Source of the DNA: Vitrella brassicaformis CCMP3155
Lineage: Eukaryota > Protista > Chromerida
Reading direction: 5' to 3'
Length of the DNA stretch: 64,000 nucleotides
Assembly (NCBI GenBank): GCA_001179505.1
Contig: CDMY01000326.1
Location: forward strand, 55,752-119,751
A program made the position numbers and the translations under genes. Positions 25,983-40,219 of the stretch are shown in pieces. Each line of letters opens with the position of its first letter. The stretch's first letter is position 1. A model generated the notes under the pieces. The model saw only the letters and a list, made by a program, of their open reading frames with translations, had not been told where the DNA came from and did not search any database.

Positions 25983-27424
25983 TATAGTCTCCTATAGTCT
26001 GATATATGAGTTTTATCGACGGAGTGAGACAGTGCTGTGTGGTGTGGTGTGTTGATGGCTGCGTGTACGGGTTCCCGGTGCGCCGCGATTCGCCTTTTTT
26101 GGCGCACTGCATCGGGAGGGATGTCTGTGATGCATTTTTTGGTGTTGTGCTGTGCAGTGTTGTGTTTGCTGGTGGTGGTGGCGGTGGTTGTGGTGGTGGT
26201 TGTGGTTGGCTTACTACTCCCTCTAGGTGCTTTTTTCCCTTTTGGGCTGGGTCGGCTGTCACACATCACATGAGGGAGGCATATTCACCCGTTGATTGAT
26301 TCGTGCGCCCGTCCGTCCATGGATGGAGTAGGTAAGTCTGTGAAGTGAGTTTATAGAGCGTGCATATATACACATGTGTGTCCATCCATCCATCCACTCG
26401 TGTGTGTGTGTGTGTGTGTAAGTGTAGGTGTAGGTGTAGGTGCATGCGCTTTATCCATCTCATCTCCATGGCCATGGAGGTCGCCTGCCTTTTTATCGCC
26501 AGCGACCAATGGACGAATATCGGTGCGTATGTGTGCTGTGTATGCTGGGAGCGAAGGAGAGATTGTGCTGTGCTGACTGCCGGTGGTGCTTTATCCATCC
26601 ATCCATCCATCGAGGTCACTGAATCGCTTCACACACACTCGTCTACTTGTCTACTGGTTCGTCAGTGACTCTGACAGCTGGTGTGGCTTCAGACAAAGCC
26701 GCACACACTGCCTGAGACTGACTACCTATAGCGGAGAGAGAGAGAGGGATCGTTTCCATCCGCCGTCTGTCTGTCTGTCGTCTGTGTGAATATGGTCATA
26801 TTCTGGCGAGACTGGTCGTGTCGGTCCATGGCCGTGTACGCTAGAGCAGTCAGTCGCCTGATGCTGGTCGTCGGGCTGGTGTGGGTTCTTCGTGTGTCAC
26901 CCTGCCCATGGCGATGCTACCCATGTTGTCTTCAGCAAAGACGCCATGGGTCAGGTCGCGGTGGGCTCGTTGACACAGGAAGAGCGACGCGCGCAGATAT
27001 CTGAGCGTTTTTGCGTGTCGTGACAGACTGACTGACTGACTGACTGTCGGAATCTGAGTGAGTGAGCGTCGGGAAGTTTCTGATGATCGGTTGGTCGGTC
27101 GACTTGTGCAGTGATGTGATGTGATGATGAGAACTCCCATAAAGGTTGACAGACACGGACATGGATGAGGTCACAAAAGGTCTATGAAGCCATCGACCTC
27201 TGCTGTTGCACTCACAGGCTACTGCTGACACAGAGGCACGCCTCGGCGGTCATCCAACGTGGCAGCGACAGATCCGCCCAGTCTCCCAGCACCTGCACAC
27301 GTACCGACACAGCACAGATGGACACACGGCACATATGTGTGTAGGTAAAAGTGGTGGCCCTTCCCCTGTGCGGCACCGACCTGCCACACCTCCACATCAC
27401 CACACGGGAAGTCGCACCTCCATA

Positions 27425-29430
27425 TCAGCCGCTCAGCACCTGCACACAGACACAGCAGCGTTGGGCCACGACCAGAGATTGATGTGCCCTCTCTTACCCT
27501 CACCCACCCACCTGCCAGATTTCCATCTCATCGCACGTGAAGCTCATGGACTGCGCCAACATGCCGCTGCCCTTCTCCGTGTACCCCCCGCTGTAGCCGT
27601 CGGGCATGTCATTCTTGATCCACTGATGGCAGCGGCTGAGGTCGGCTGCAGGGCCAGGATTGGCACGGCCCAGCCACAGATAGCCGCGGGCGATGCAGAC
27701 ATTCGCACGCGGCTCGCCCTTGTCGTTCTTCACCGCCCCCTGTGTGCCGGCCACGTCCACCTGCTGCCTGTCCTCGGGTATCTCGATCTTGGTGGGCTTC
27801 TCGTACGCACCCGACAGGGAAAAGAGGAAGATGGGCACATCGTAATCGTTGGTGTCGTTGGGGTCGTCTGGTGGTGTGAGGGGGCCGTCGACGAAGCACC
27901 CGAATCGGTGTGTGTGGCCATCTCGGAGGGCGAACAGCAGGCCGCTCTTGCCGGTGACCTTGTTGAGGAAGGACTGATACCCAAACGTGTCACGACTCGA
28001 CCTGACATCGACACACAACAACGATGTCTGTGTGCCCGGCATGTCTGTCTGAGTTCACTTGTACAGCAGCGACGGCGCCACGGCGATCCTCTTGTCGGCC
28101 ATCTTCATCACCGCCAGCCACTCGTCGGCCGTCTTGATCAAAGCGGACGCCCCCGCCGCCCCACCGACAGGCGGCACCGTGTTGAGGCCGTACATTCCCA
28201 ACTCGACACCGAAGATGGCCTTCTCGTGCGCCGCCACCACCGGCGGATGGACGAACCGGCCAGACGGCATCACGGCCAAACGGCGGGCAAAGTCCACGAT
28301 GAGCTGCAGAAATCTGAGCGACGTCTGGCGGGCCTCCTGATCGGGCCACTGATCGCTGAAGAACAAAAAACCACACACACATCGATGCTGTGTGTGCCGG
28401 GGGTCTTATGACACCCACATACACACACACACATACACACACACACACACAGGCACATAGGACACCACACAAGATCCCCAGCGTTACGGTCCTTACGGAT
28501 TGTATCGCCTGACGAGGGCATGGTTCGGTCCGAGGTAGGCCAGATTGCGACGCAGGATCGACACCTGCTCGTCCTCGACAGTGAGTGACATCACCGCGAT
28601 GTCCTCCTCGCTGCTGTCCCCCTTGACGAACGGCCGCATGGCCGTCAGGACGGCCTCCATCTTTTCCTTCTGCCTCTGCAGCTCCTCGCGGACGAGCCAG
28701 TAGCTGCTCATGTACTGCACTATCTTCTCAAACGCCTCATCTACTCCCTCCCTGTCACCACTGCCCCCATCTCGCCCCTCTTGGACGTTCGCATGAGCCA
28801 TGTCCATATCGGCCTGCTCGGCTCCCCCTCCAGCTGCCCCTGCCGCTGCCGCTGCAGCCGATGTGGCCATGGCCTGTGGCTGCTCCTCGACGTCGATCTC
28901 GCCGGCCAAGCTCTGCATGAAGAGGGAGTGGTACTCCGAGTATGAGGGATCTTCACTTTGGGGCGAATGGATGGCGACCTCGTCCAAATGGGGGCTCTCG
29001 AGCAGCGCCAGTTCGTCGCGCAGCCAGCGGAAATACGCCGGGTGCATCTCGAGGAAGGGCAAGTTGTTCTCGTCCTTCGGCAGCTGGTCGGTGAAGTGCA
29101 GCAGCAGCGTCGAGAGGTAAGTCGTCTTCATCTTGCGATGCAGGAGCCGCTTCACCGAGATGGAGAAGACCGTGCCGCCCACGTTGAGCTGCATGCGGCC
29201 GTCCTTCTGCTGCGGCTCGATGGTGCCTCCGTTGTCCGTGATCAGCTGCTTGATGCTCCCAGCCAGCGCCTCGATTTCCTTCTCCGCCAGCTGTTTTGCC
29301 GTCCTGGTGATCTGGCTGAAGGTGTCCACAGAGGTAGCCGCGGCCTTGACGGAGATGCATGGCCATCTTGGCGGCCGACCCCAGCCCGTCTACCGCATTG
29401 GCTGCCTCCTTCACGAGCGCATCTCACGGC
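27425..29430 (-). CDS. BTB-BTB-TLDc family copy 4 (subfamily B); TLDc intact, possible frameshift near 29357 at the 5' end
   Basis: QLNVGGTVFSISVKRLL...YLSTLLLHFTDQLPKD...FLEMHPAYFRW, QWPDQEARQ...VDFARR, and an intact TLDc ORF 27500-28042. No in-frame ATG between the stop at ~29391 and the GTG ORF start at 29329. Confidence 0.85.
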
Positions 29431-29612
29431 CACTCGTCACGCTGCGGAGCTGCGATGGGGCGGCGATGGACTCACCACCGGCTGCGTTGGCCATTGCTAA
29501 ATCTGGGGAATGGCAGATTCCGCTTGCTTTGCTGCCGTTGGAGCTCGCAGCAAACCGTTGGCACGTCGGGTGATGGAGAAAACCCTGCAGGAGGAAGGCA
29601 GAGATGGATGGA

Positions 29613-31791
29613 ATGGGTAAGAAGAGGAGGGCCGAAGGGCCGCCGCCCTTTGCGGCGGCAGCAGCGGCAGGAGCGTCGGCATCCGATGTGCTGACGGGCT
29701 CGGCCAGTGTGGACGTCATCATCTCCCGCTGCAGCAACAGCCTGGAGGGCTTGCAGGAGCACACAGCGAGCGCCATCCGTGACAGAAAGGAGGAGGTCAA
29801 GGCCGTGACCGAGGAGATACGGACCATGGTCACTGACAAAGGCGGTGTTGGGGGCGTCGCTGAGAAAGATGGGGTCATCATGGTCAATGCTGGTGAGACG
29901 CAACAGGCCGAGGGTATCTGTGTCTGTCCGTCAATCTCTCTCGTTTTGTCCGTGTCGTTGTACTTAGGCGGTCAGGTGTTCCCTGTCAAGCGCACAGCGC
30001 TGCTGCGGCCGTATATGAAGCGGCGGTACATCTCAGTGCTGTTGATGTACCATGAGGGTGGCCTGCCGAAGGACGCCGACGGCCACATCTACCTCGAGAC
30101 GTCATCGGCCTTTTCTTTTTTCCTGGACAAGATGACCCTCATCGACACCGGCCGCACCATGGCCATCGAGCTGCCGGCGTCCAAGGCGGCCGACCCGCTG
30201 TACGCCGACTACCACTCCCTCTTCATGCGCAAGATCAACTGCTACTCGGCCCCCCCGCAAGCGCTCCCTGCAGCAGCAGCACCGATGGAGGTCGACGGCC
30301 AGGGGGAAGGGGGTGGGGAGGGGACTGTAGCTGACGGTGTGGAGAGAGCCATGAAAGATACCATGGCGGCATTCGAGCAGCGCCTGCGCGCCGACGCCGA
30401 GGCGTACAAGGCGCTGGTGCGGCAGAGGGATGAGATCGCGACGTTCCTGACGGCCATGGCGCCTTTCCTGTGCAGTGGCGATGGCGAGGCGGACAGCATT
30501 CTCAGCCTGACGGTCATGGGCCGCCCGGTGTTGATCATGCGGAAGACGCTCGAGCGCCTAGGCCACAATCACGCTCTGCTGACACGGTTCTTGACGTAAG
30601 TCAGACACACAGGGGCGAGAAGGGGGACGGGACGGCGGAACCCTGGAAACGCTTCGAATGGATCTTTTCTCTCTGTTTGTTTGCCTGTTCAGGATGCCCC
30701 AGCATTTGGGTGGTCACGATGTCGACCAGACCCCATCAGAGCACTTCGTCACGACAGTCGACTTCGCCCGCCGAATCGCGACCCTGCCGCACAATCAGCT
30801 CATCCGCCCCCCGCTTGTCGAGGAGGGCGACGAACGGCTCGTCAAGGAGGACATCGTAAGTGACATAGAGAGATGGAGGGAGGCACACACACATGAAGGA
30901 GCAGCTGTGTTGGTCATGTGTGTGTGTGTGTCAGGAGACGTATGGCTTGAAGTACGAGCCCCTCTGCAATGGCGTGACGGGTGGCGACTTCGTCATCGAG
31001 ACGGCCGAGGAGTGGGGCAAAGTCATCAAGATGACCGGCAAACACTCACCCACCGTCACACTCATCTACAAGTGAGCCAGCAACAGCCAGAGAGGGAAAG
31101 AGACACACAGACATGGCTGTCGTGTGTGTGTGCCGTTATCAGGTCGAGTCGCGACAGGTTTGGGTATTCCTCATTCCTTAACAAGGTGGTGGGCAAGAGC
31201 GGCCTCCTCTTCGCCCTTCAAGATGGCCCCACTCACCGATTCGGTGCCTTCATCGACGGCCCACTCACACCGCCAGACGACCCCACGCAGGCCAACATCT
31301 ACAAGGTGCCCGTCTTCCTCTATTCGCTGTCGGGTGCGTACGAGACGCCGACCAAGATCGAGCTGCAGGAGAAGGACCAGCAGGTGGAGGTGGCCGGCAC
31401 ACAGCTGGCGGTGGAGGACGACGATGACGAGTCGACTGCCGATGTGTGCATTGCTGGCGGCTACCTCTGGCTTGGCTACGGTGATCCTGGACCGGCGGAC
31501 GACCTCAGCAGCTGCTATCAGTGGATCGAGAGGGACAAGCTGCCGGAGGGCCACATTGACGACAGCGATATTGACGACGAGGAGGAGGATGGCACGATGG
31601 ATGACGGTCGCCGCACGCTGGCCAGCACGATCGAATTCGAGTGCACTGAGATGGAGGTGTGGCACATCACAGAGGTCAGCGAGAGGCAGCGAGGGCAACA
31701 AGCAGAGAGAGATCGGAAAACTGCATTTGATTCCTGTACCCATGTGATGTGTATGTCGCTGTGTGTGTGTGCGCAGGAGGTCAACGCCTGA
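29613..31791 (+). CDS. BTB-BTB-TLDc family copy 5 (subfamily C), apparently intact
   Basis: Spliced VNAG|GQVFPVKRTALL...YISVLLMYHEGGLPKD, LTVMGRPVLIMRKTL, VDFARR, GLKYEPLC...LIYK|SSRDRFGY TLDc, last exon EVNA*. Confidence 0.88.
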
Positions 31792-33699
31792 TGCACTGGG
31801 ACAGGCGTGAAAGGGGCGGAGGGGTGGGAGGGGCGGAGGGGTGGGCGTTCCGTGGGGGACAGGAGAGGGAGGGGGGCGAGGGCCGCCTCTTTCCTTTGCC
31901 TGAAGTGCCTTTTGCGCTGCTCTCACTCTTTTCATTAAGACCTATGTGCTACTTGGCCTTTATGCGGCTCTTATGCTGGCGGTGCGGTGCTGGTAGATAG
32001 CTGATCGGTGCCCCACAGCCCCCCAGGGTGTATACGTTTACGCTTGTCTGTACTCTGTAGCTGCTGCTTGATGTGGTGTCTGTGTGATGCATGGTATCAT
32101 GTCGTCATCGATCGGGGGAGGGGCACATGTGTGTGTGTTGTGCGCCGTGTTTGATTAACGCCTGGGTCACATTATGGGTGACATGAGCGGCTCTCTATTT
32201 GTCTACCGCTTCCTGGGGATGGTCCATGCCGCTGTGATGACAGTCTGCAAGCCGGCGGATCGAGGAAGAAGTTTTCCTATGTAATGTATGTGTGTGCAGA
32301 CATGTCTCTGTGTCTGTGTGTGTATTGTACACACAGAGAGAACCCCATAGCCTCGCACTGCCCGTGATCAAACAACCACTAGACACCGACACGCTGCTGT
32401 GCCGTTTGTTTGATGACGGACGATTCGCTGTTTACTTTTTGATTCGCTCGCCGTCTGTACGATTGGTTGGCGCTGTGCTGGAAAAAGGGTTTTTGTGTTC
32501 CATCGACAGGGCATGTGGCTGCCGTGTGGTGCATGTGTAGAGCGTGAAGTCTTTTCATGCATGCGACGGTGCAAGCAAGTCGGTCATCGTCTGTGTACTG
32601 TCCATGGACGGGGTGATGTTTGTTGATGGACGACAAGCACTCGATGTGATGGCCGGCAGACAAAGGGAGGGAGGGAGGGACCATCTTCTCCTGTCTATGT
32701 GTCTATCGTGTGCACTGATCACGGTCATGGTCACTGCATCCATGCTGGCTGCGTGAGTGGCACACCATGACCGACATGCACAAGTTGGTCATCTCACTCG
32801 GCCGGCCCTTTCGCGATGTCATGACATCGATCTGTGCAATGGATGCTTGGGTGAACAGTGAGTGTCTGCATCGGTCTATTGTGTTTATGTGTCTACACAG
32901 AACAACAGGTACTGTACCTGCACCGTCCGTCCAGGGTGACGACCAGCAAAAACTGAACACAGCCAGAAGCACCACCTTCTATGAGTCAAACAGCCGCCAT
33001 TTTTCGGGAGTCGCCCACCACACTGCTTGTGAGGATGCTGGCGGGTCCAACAGGCGACAATCTGCCCAATCTCTCGGCGATGTGCCGGATCGCAGTCCAC
33101 TGTTTCAGCTCGCATCTCCCTCATTCTCAGATGAACGGCTCGAGCGGCTCGTCTGTTGTCCTGCCTCCCCATCTCGCATCGCCGGCAAACATGAGAGGCG
33201 TCGATGCCGCCAAGCGGCTGGTGGCCGAGCTGGAGAAGCGGACACTCATCGTCAACCGACTGATCACAAGCACTGGGGGACAGCAAACGGTCACTGAGCC
33301 GCTGGATGGAGAGATCGAGATCAACGTGGGCGGGACGGTGCTGTGTGTGCCGCGCAAGCCGCTGCTGCTGCCCGGCGTGAGCGACTCGTTCATCGCCTAT
33401 CTGCTGCTGCACCATCTGGATGGGCTGCCCAAGGACACAGACGGCCACCCGTTCCTCGACGCCGATCCAATCTATATGGACTGGTGAGCCAAGCGACACA
33501 GAGGGGAGGGAGGGAGGGCAGACGAACTCACACAGAATAGTGTCTGTTGTGTTTCTTGTGTCAGGCTGTGCAACGAGGTGGCCAACGTCGGCGCCGCGGA
33601 TGCGCAGGCCGAGACCCATGAGATCAAGCTGACCGGTGACCACAGCACCGACAACGCGTCGCTCTTCTGGCACGAGATCTTCTTCGCTAACAAGATAGA
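31790..33699 (+). repeat. Segmental duplicate of ~44240-46039 (spacer plus start of an A-type gene)
   Basis: Collinear matches such as cacattatgggtgacat, gcggatcgaggaagaagtttt and tgtacctgcaccgtccgtccagg; ~33140-33699 is nearly identical to ~45520-46039. Confidence 0.85.
33191..33699 (+). CDS. BTB-BTB-TLDc family copy 6 (subfamily A2), 5' part only, truncated by gap
   Basis: MRGVDAAKRLVAELEKR...EINVGGTVLCVPRKPLL...DPIYMDW|LCNEVANVG, near-identical to copy 8. Confidence 0.85.
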
Positions 33700-33999
33700 N
33701 NNNNNNNNNNNNNNNNNNNNNNNNNNNNNNNNNNNNNNNNNNNNNNNNNNNNNNNNNNNNNNNNNNNNNNNNNNNNNNNNNNNNNNNNNNNNNNNNNNNN
33801 NNNNNNNNNNNNNNNNNNNNNNNNNNNNNNNNNNNNNNNNNNNNNNNNNNNNNNNNNNNNNNNNNNNNNNNNNNNNNNNNNNNNNNNNNNNNNNNNNNNN
33901 NNNNNNNNNNNNNNNNNNNNNNNNNNNNNNNNNNNNNNNNNNNNNNNNNNNNNNNNNNNNNNNNNNNNNNNNNNNNNNNNNNNNNNNNNNNNNNNNNNN
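33700..33999. other. Assembly gap (300 N)
   Basis: Run of N. Confidence 1.
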
Positions 34000-34479
34000 G
34001 GCGTCAAGGGCGTCACACCACCATCCACAGGTGCGGAGAGACCTCGACACATCACTCACAAGGAGGGGCGGAAAGGCAATCGACCTGTGTGTGTGTGCTG
34101 ATGGTATGCAGGCCCTCGTTTTGCCACACTGCAGCACACCAGCCATGCAATGCATCGACACACGCAAGCAAACAGGTACTAACACATACATGGAGATGAG
34201 AATAAGCCAGACAGGAAGATCATAGCGTACTTACACAAGACGCTGCTAGGTAGGTCCGCACACGCCATCCATTCCACTCGTTCATTCATTCCGTGCTGTG
34301 TCGGTGTGCCTGCCTGCCTGCTTGCCTGCAGATATGTGTGTGATGAGGCGACTTCGGTCGTAGCCGAACGAAGAGAATAGAAACGAAGGAAAAGGAGAAA
34401 CGGAAAAGAAAGAAGAAACCTTAGAGGGCGAGGCCGCCGAAGGCGGCCGAGCCCAGGCTTCGACTGCACAAGGGGACAC

Positions 34480-37170
34480 GGCTCGATTGAACCTCAGGTT
34501 GCGCAAGTTGGGCGGCTGGATGGTGAAGTTGATGCGTGGCAGCACAAAGGTGTTCTACTGTGAGCTGCCTCCCCCGACCTTCTGCACCTCGATCATGCTG
34601 CTGCCTCGCGGCCCCTTGTAGATGACCTTCTCGTTGTTGGACAGCCCGTAGCGCCAAGACATGTTGCGCAGCACCAGGCATACCACGCCTCGCTTGAGCT
34701 GCAGAGTGTGGGGCGGCTTGGGGGACTCGTTCTGACCCGCGAGGAAGTCCTCGTCATGGTGGCCTGCCTGGTAGTCCTCCTCAAGATAGCGCTCGCGAGC
34801 GACATGCGTGCAGAGCTGGCCGTCCATGCGGTCGATGATAGTGTTGTTGATGGCGTCCACTGCCTCATTCGTCGGACACAGGATGGCTCGGCTGGCGCAT
34901 GCTCGAGGATCACGCTCGTAGAGCCGGTCAGGGAATGCGAACTCGATGGCGTCCTCCTGGCTGTGGGAGTGTTGCTGATCGAGCTCGATCCAGTCGGAGG
35001 CGTCTTCGGGGCGCAGGGAGGGGTCCTTCTCAACGAATGAATCTGCACGAAACGTCGCTGGCGCCCGTCGCCCACCTGAAGAGACACGCATACAGGCAGA
35101 CCCAGACACATGCACCATGCGATGTACACACACATGTCCGGATGCGGTACCTTGAGGCACATGTTCGTGTATGCGGTGTCATTCTTTGAGCGCATGATCT
35201 GCTTCAACTCACGCACAATGAACTCGTCGTACAGGTCAGACGACCGCAAAGACGCGTGGAAGATTGTTGTCTCGTTGCAGTCCTCGTGTCGCGGCAGCAC
35301 GAGCGGGAGCTGCCGGAAGTCGCCCGCACAAACGAAGACCTTGCCGCCGAACGGCAGATTGCATTCCATGATGTCTTGCAGCATAAGGTCGACCGCTTCG
35401 ATACACTTCCGGTGCGCCATGCTGCAGGAAGGGATGGATGGATGGATGCAAACGAAGAGACTGGACGCGTTATGATGTGCGGCCCCGAACCTACCTGATC
35501 TCGTCCCACACGATGACCTTGGCCTTTCGCAGCAGGTCGGCCTTCTGCGAAGTTCTGCTCACTGTGCAGCGCAGGTTCTCCTTCATTATGTCGTCCACCA
35601 CGGGGATCTTATGCAGGCCGTGAGCAGTGTGTCCACCGACATAGTTGAGAGCCGCGAGTGCAGTGGTTGCGGAGGCGAGGGCGATGTCGCCGCGGCTGCG
35701 CACGGCCGAGAGCACGCAGCGCAGAACAGTCGTCTTCCCCGCACCACCTGACCGGTCGCAGACACAGGAGGAACGATGAGCGATGCTTGCCTGCATGGAA
35801 CCATTTGTGTACCTGGCGCCTTGATGAGCAGACAAAAAGGCTCCGGGCTGTCACCGTTGCGGGGGTAGATGTGGGCCATGATGTCCTCAAACACTTCCTT
35901 CTGCTCGGCGACCTTCTCGACCATGTCATGCACCCTGTCGTAGCTTTGCCTGATAGTGGTGAGGCTGCCGTAGCTCTTGCGCTCGGTTTGCTCTTCAGCA
36001 GGGATGTGCTGTGGCTCTGGCGGGCCGCATTCTGTGTTGGTCATGCCGCACTCCTGGAGGTCCTCACAGATCTCCCGTAACAGGCGCTCGTAAGCTGCCT
36101 CAGGATCGTCGACTTCCTCGTAATCGTCCACCATAAACTCGCGGTACTTCTCCAAGATGTCGGCGGCGGCACACTCGTGGTTGAGGATCAGCACGACGAA
36201 TAAGAAGCGCAGCTGATAGGGCAGGACAGCTTGCTCTTCGACGGCCTCTCTCATGACGTTCTCGACGTAGGTCTGCCCCTCCAGTAGCCCTGCTGCCTTC
36301 GCAGCTTGGCTGAAGGTTGAGTAGCAGGTCCCATCGATAGTGCGAATCGCCTGAGAGACACATTGAAGACACACAGCAACGATCGAACCATCGCTGCCAT
36401 ATGCATACTCTGTGTCTCCGCCACTTACCTCAAAGCTCCCCTTTGCCTGAGAGCCCTTCAGAAGCAGTCGAAGGTAGTAGCGCTCTCCCTGCATCGCGAA
36501 GGCGCTCTGCAGCCGCGTGCAGTGCTGTTCCCAGCGCCGCCGCTGATAAAAGCCGTGGCCCGTCTTGGTGCGCATCTCACGGGCTGTCGCCGACTCGTGG
36601 GCATCAGCATTCTCGCCCGCCATATCCGCTTCTTGTGGGTCTCGAGCTCGGTCCTTCTTCATCGCAAAGCGACGGAAGAACTGCTGATAAGTCATCTGAT
36701 CGAAGTCCACGTCCTCATTGTTGATTCTCCTGGTGGCGTCCGGCCGATTCAGCCAGTGATCGATCATGCTGAGGCCGGGCATGAAGACCCGCCCCGTCTC
36801 GCCTCGCCCCGACACTCGTTGAACGACTGGTCGCTCGGCCGGGAGGTAAACGAGCAGCGTCGTCACGGACGGCTGAGTCCAGTGGATCTGATGGCCGAAG
36901 ATGCGGTGGCACGCCTCGCTGGCACAAAGGACGCGGCCCTGCTGGTAGTCGCGGATCTCGTCTCGTTGTTGCTCTTGCGCTGGATGTGCAGTCTGGTGGT
37001 TGGTGAGGAGCGACGCCACCTGTTGCCGGCGTCGCTTCTTCTGCTGCTCGGATTCGGAAGCCTCGCCGGCATCCGCCTTGGCCGCTCGCTGCTTGCGCTT
37101 CTTCTCGTGCTCCACGCTGATGAGAAAGGCGCTCTTCTCGGGCTTGTACATGTACTTATACCTGCAGACC
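34480..37170 (-). pseudogene. Helitron PIF1-family helicase region (exons split by introns), with premature stop and missing C-terminal motifs
   Basis: DEIRDYQQGRVLCASEACHRIFGH, YYLRLLL, Walker A GAGKTT, WDEI, GDFRQL, ILCPTNEAVDAINN. In-frame TAG at 34555-34557; sequence ends at PRINF...NLRFNR without QFP/AMTxxKSQG. Confidence 0.85.
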
Positions 37171-37254
37171 GACACACGCAAGCAGCAGCAGAGAAGCCAC
37201 TCCAATGTGGGTTTCTCTCTTGGCTTGTTGTCTCACTGTCTGCGTTGTCTCTGC

Positions 37255-39308
37255 CTGCGTACATGTAGCTGATGACATTCGTAGAGGCAGCGCAGTCGAC
37301 GTACAAATGACAGTTGAACTCGGCAAGCAGCTCGGGGGAGTACGGTGGCACCCACCTATCCTCCTCGTGGCGTCGCCGGTACACGCAACGGCCTCGCCCG
37401 TCGAAGTGCGTCTCGTCGCAGAGCGGCTGAGGGAAGCCGTACTTGCACCGCTCGGCCACTGGCTCGTTCGCATTCCTGCAGCGGTGATACTCGCGCAGGC
37501 TCGCCTCGTCCCTGCATCGCGCGCTGCACTTGTGGACCATGAAGCTCTCCACGAGCTTCCTGAGCTGCGGATTATGCCGAGGCATCTCGCCGCAGACGAA
37601 CTTGTCCACATCAGCACCGCAGCTCGGGTGCTCTTCATTGCGCACGCTGATGTGCGCGTGGCTGAGCCCTCGCTTCTGGTACTCGATCACAGCCATCAGA
37701 TAGAGAGCTCGGCTGAGGGGGCCGTCCCGGAGACGCTGCAGCAGCGAGCGTAGCTTGAGGTGGAAGACACGACTGGTCAAGTCGGGGCGATCATACGCTG
37801 TTTGCCCTGCGCAGCCACAGCCAGCCGAACGCACATAGGCATTGATCCATGCAAGTAAGCCGCCGGATTGTGTCTCCCTCACTCACTGCCACACTTACCC
37901 GATTGAAGCTTCTCCTGGATCTCGGGCCAGTTGCCATTGCATGTGATGATGATGAACCACGACGGCTTGCCGTACTGCGCAACGATAGCAAAGGCGTCCT
38001 GACAGAGTCGCTTGTAATACCGCTCGCTGCCCACGAAGCTGCCTGGCAGCAGAACAAAGCCTCCCTTGGCCTGCTCCGTCACATCCACCCCATCACATTC
38101 GAAGTCATCCTGCATTTCTCGCGCAGCGCTGTCCCGCTCCTTCTCTGCCTCGCTCAGCTTCAGCACGTCGCTGCCGCATGTAACGCATCTGTGTCCAGTA
38201 GCGGTCCTACCGCTTCACGTGCCCCTCCAGGATGTCGCGGTCCGTCCACGCCCGCGTGTAGAACTTGCGATCGATCATGTCCTTAATCTCGGAGCTCTCG
38301 GCAAACAGATGGAAGTTGCCTCTGAAAAGGAGACAGGCACACACAGCAACACAGGGATGCACTTGCCCTGATCTTCGCGTGGCTGTCAGACAGACAGCGT
38401 GTCTCCTCTTGCCGACCTTTATTCCACAGGCATCGATGGATACCACCCGGGAGTGCCCTTCAGGAACAGCAGCGGGTACTGGAGCGGCTCGTACACATGC
38501 GAGAGCACATCGACGAACTCCATCGCATCGCCTCTGTGCCCCGACCTCTTCAAAGAGATGAAGACCTTCCGCTGCTGTGGAAGGTAGGCGGACGTCGAGC
38601 AGGGCAGGACGATGCAGACGTCGTCTGCTTCTGGCTTGAACTTGAACTGCAGGATGATGTCCTGCCGGCCGTTCTCTGCTAACCGGCCGAAAGCATGAAG
38701 GTCTCGTACGAACGGATTGTTCTCATGGAGTATTTCCTGACACAGTGACAGACACACACAAAGCACCCGCTGTCTGTCTCTCCCTGCACGCCGTTAAAAG
38801 ATGTGTGTCACCTTGAGTTGATCGATTAGGTACTTATAGATCTCTTGCTCTCTCGCCGACCTGCCGCCCATCTCGCCGACTCGTTTGTCCAGCTCTTTTT
38901 TGGCTCCAGCATTATCGAACATAAGCCCTACAATCGGATGGTCCTCGGCTGACAGGATGCGATGATAGACACGGCCGTGGATCGTCATGTTCCCCCAGTC
39001 GTGGGGGATTGACGCTGCCAAGTCAGAGTTGCCATCGAATCCGATCGCTGTCATGGCGAAGCTGTTGTTCAGCGACAGCGACTTGTCTCGCAGCTGCTTG
39101 CCATATCGCGACGCCACCAGATCCTGCAGCTCTTTTGGCACCGGAAGGTTGTCGAGCACCGTCTTGCCTTGCTGACAGCAGAAAGATGCACCATCTCCCT
39201 CCCACACCAGAGCATCGCAGTGCGGGCACGCCTTGCGCTTCGGCAGCCGATGCAAGGCTGGGAAGGCCCTCGTCGGATCCAACAGGGGCTGATCGCATGC
39301 TGCGCTCT
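37255..39308 (-). pseudogene. Helitron Rep (HUH endonuclease) region
   Basis: SLNNSFAMTAIG, IHGRVYHRI, YEPLQYPLLFLKGTPGW, motif 1 FIIITCN, RPDLTSRVFHLKL and EYQKRGLSHAH. In-frame TAG at 38207-38209 and a frame change near 38170. Confidence 0.9.
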
Positions 39309-40219
39309 CTGCAAACACACAGATAGACACGGACACACACATCAACCGAGCACGACGGAAACTTGCACACCGACCCACCGGGATAGTGCCGCTTGACCAA
39401 CTCTCCGAGGCATCGGACAGCCCGGTCGACGCCGCTTTCACCGCCCGCCGAGTGGCACCCCTCACCCGAAAGCGCCTCACGATCGTCAACTGCAACGGGT
39501 CCTTAGGCTTCAAATGCACTTCGAAGCGATGCCTCGTGAAGCTAAGCCAGCACAGCCGCCTGCTCATCCCCTGCGCCTTGTGGTGCTCTCTCAGCAGCTC
39601 TTGCGCGAGCCGCGTCGCACTCTCGCGCGTCAGGTCCGGCTCGCGTACGTCGGTCTCCATCTCAACCGCGCCCTCCTCGCTATCGCTGTCCATGCCAGGA
39701 CAGGACGCATAGTACTCCTCGTACTTGCCTCGGATGCTCTCGAAGGCCACCAGTAGCCCCTCCTCTGTCATGGGGCGCGGCTTCTCGCGGAAACAGACAG
39801 GCTTGGGCAGCAGCTCACCAGATGCTGGGTTGTCGGTTATCCTGCAGTGAAAGCGCTGCGCCGTCCAGTTCCAGGATATCGGTGGGCGCTGCGTGATGAG
39901 GCACGTTTGACGATACGCGGCAATGAGAGCGTTGGCTCGCTCTTCTGCTTCTGAAACGCAAACAGAACCACACGTGACCGTCACCGTCTGTTCATATCCT
40001 CTTCCTCGCATGTCACCTTCGGCTCTCAAGTAGCGAGGCTTTTCGTTCGGCGCCCGCTCGTCAACCTTGACCCTTTTAGCGGCCCTACCCGATCGAGACA
40101 CAGTCGATGACTGTCGCCGTCGCTTCGTTTTCCCGGAAACGCTGCTCTTCGCGCTGACCGCTGGCCGCGACGATGCTGCCGGCTGTGTGGTGGATGGCTG
40201 TTGCTGCTGCTGCATGGCT

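Noticed and set aside
26850-27010. Exon-like stretch (RYLRASLFLCQRAHRDLTHGVFAED...) on the minus strand
   Set aside because: No recognisable motif or linkable neighbouring exons; cannot be supported as a gene.
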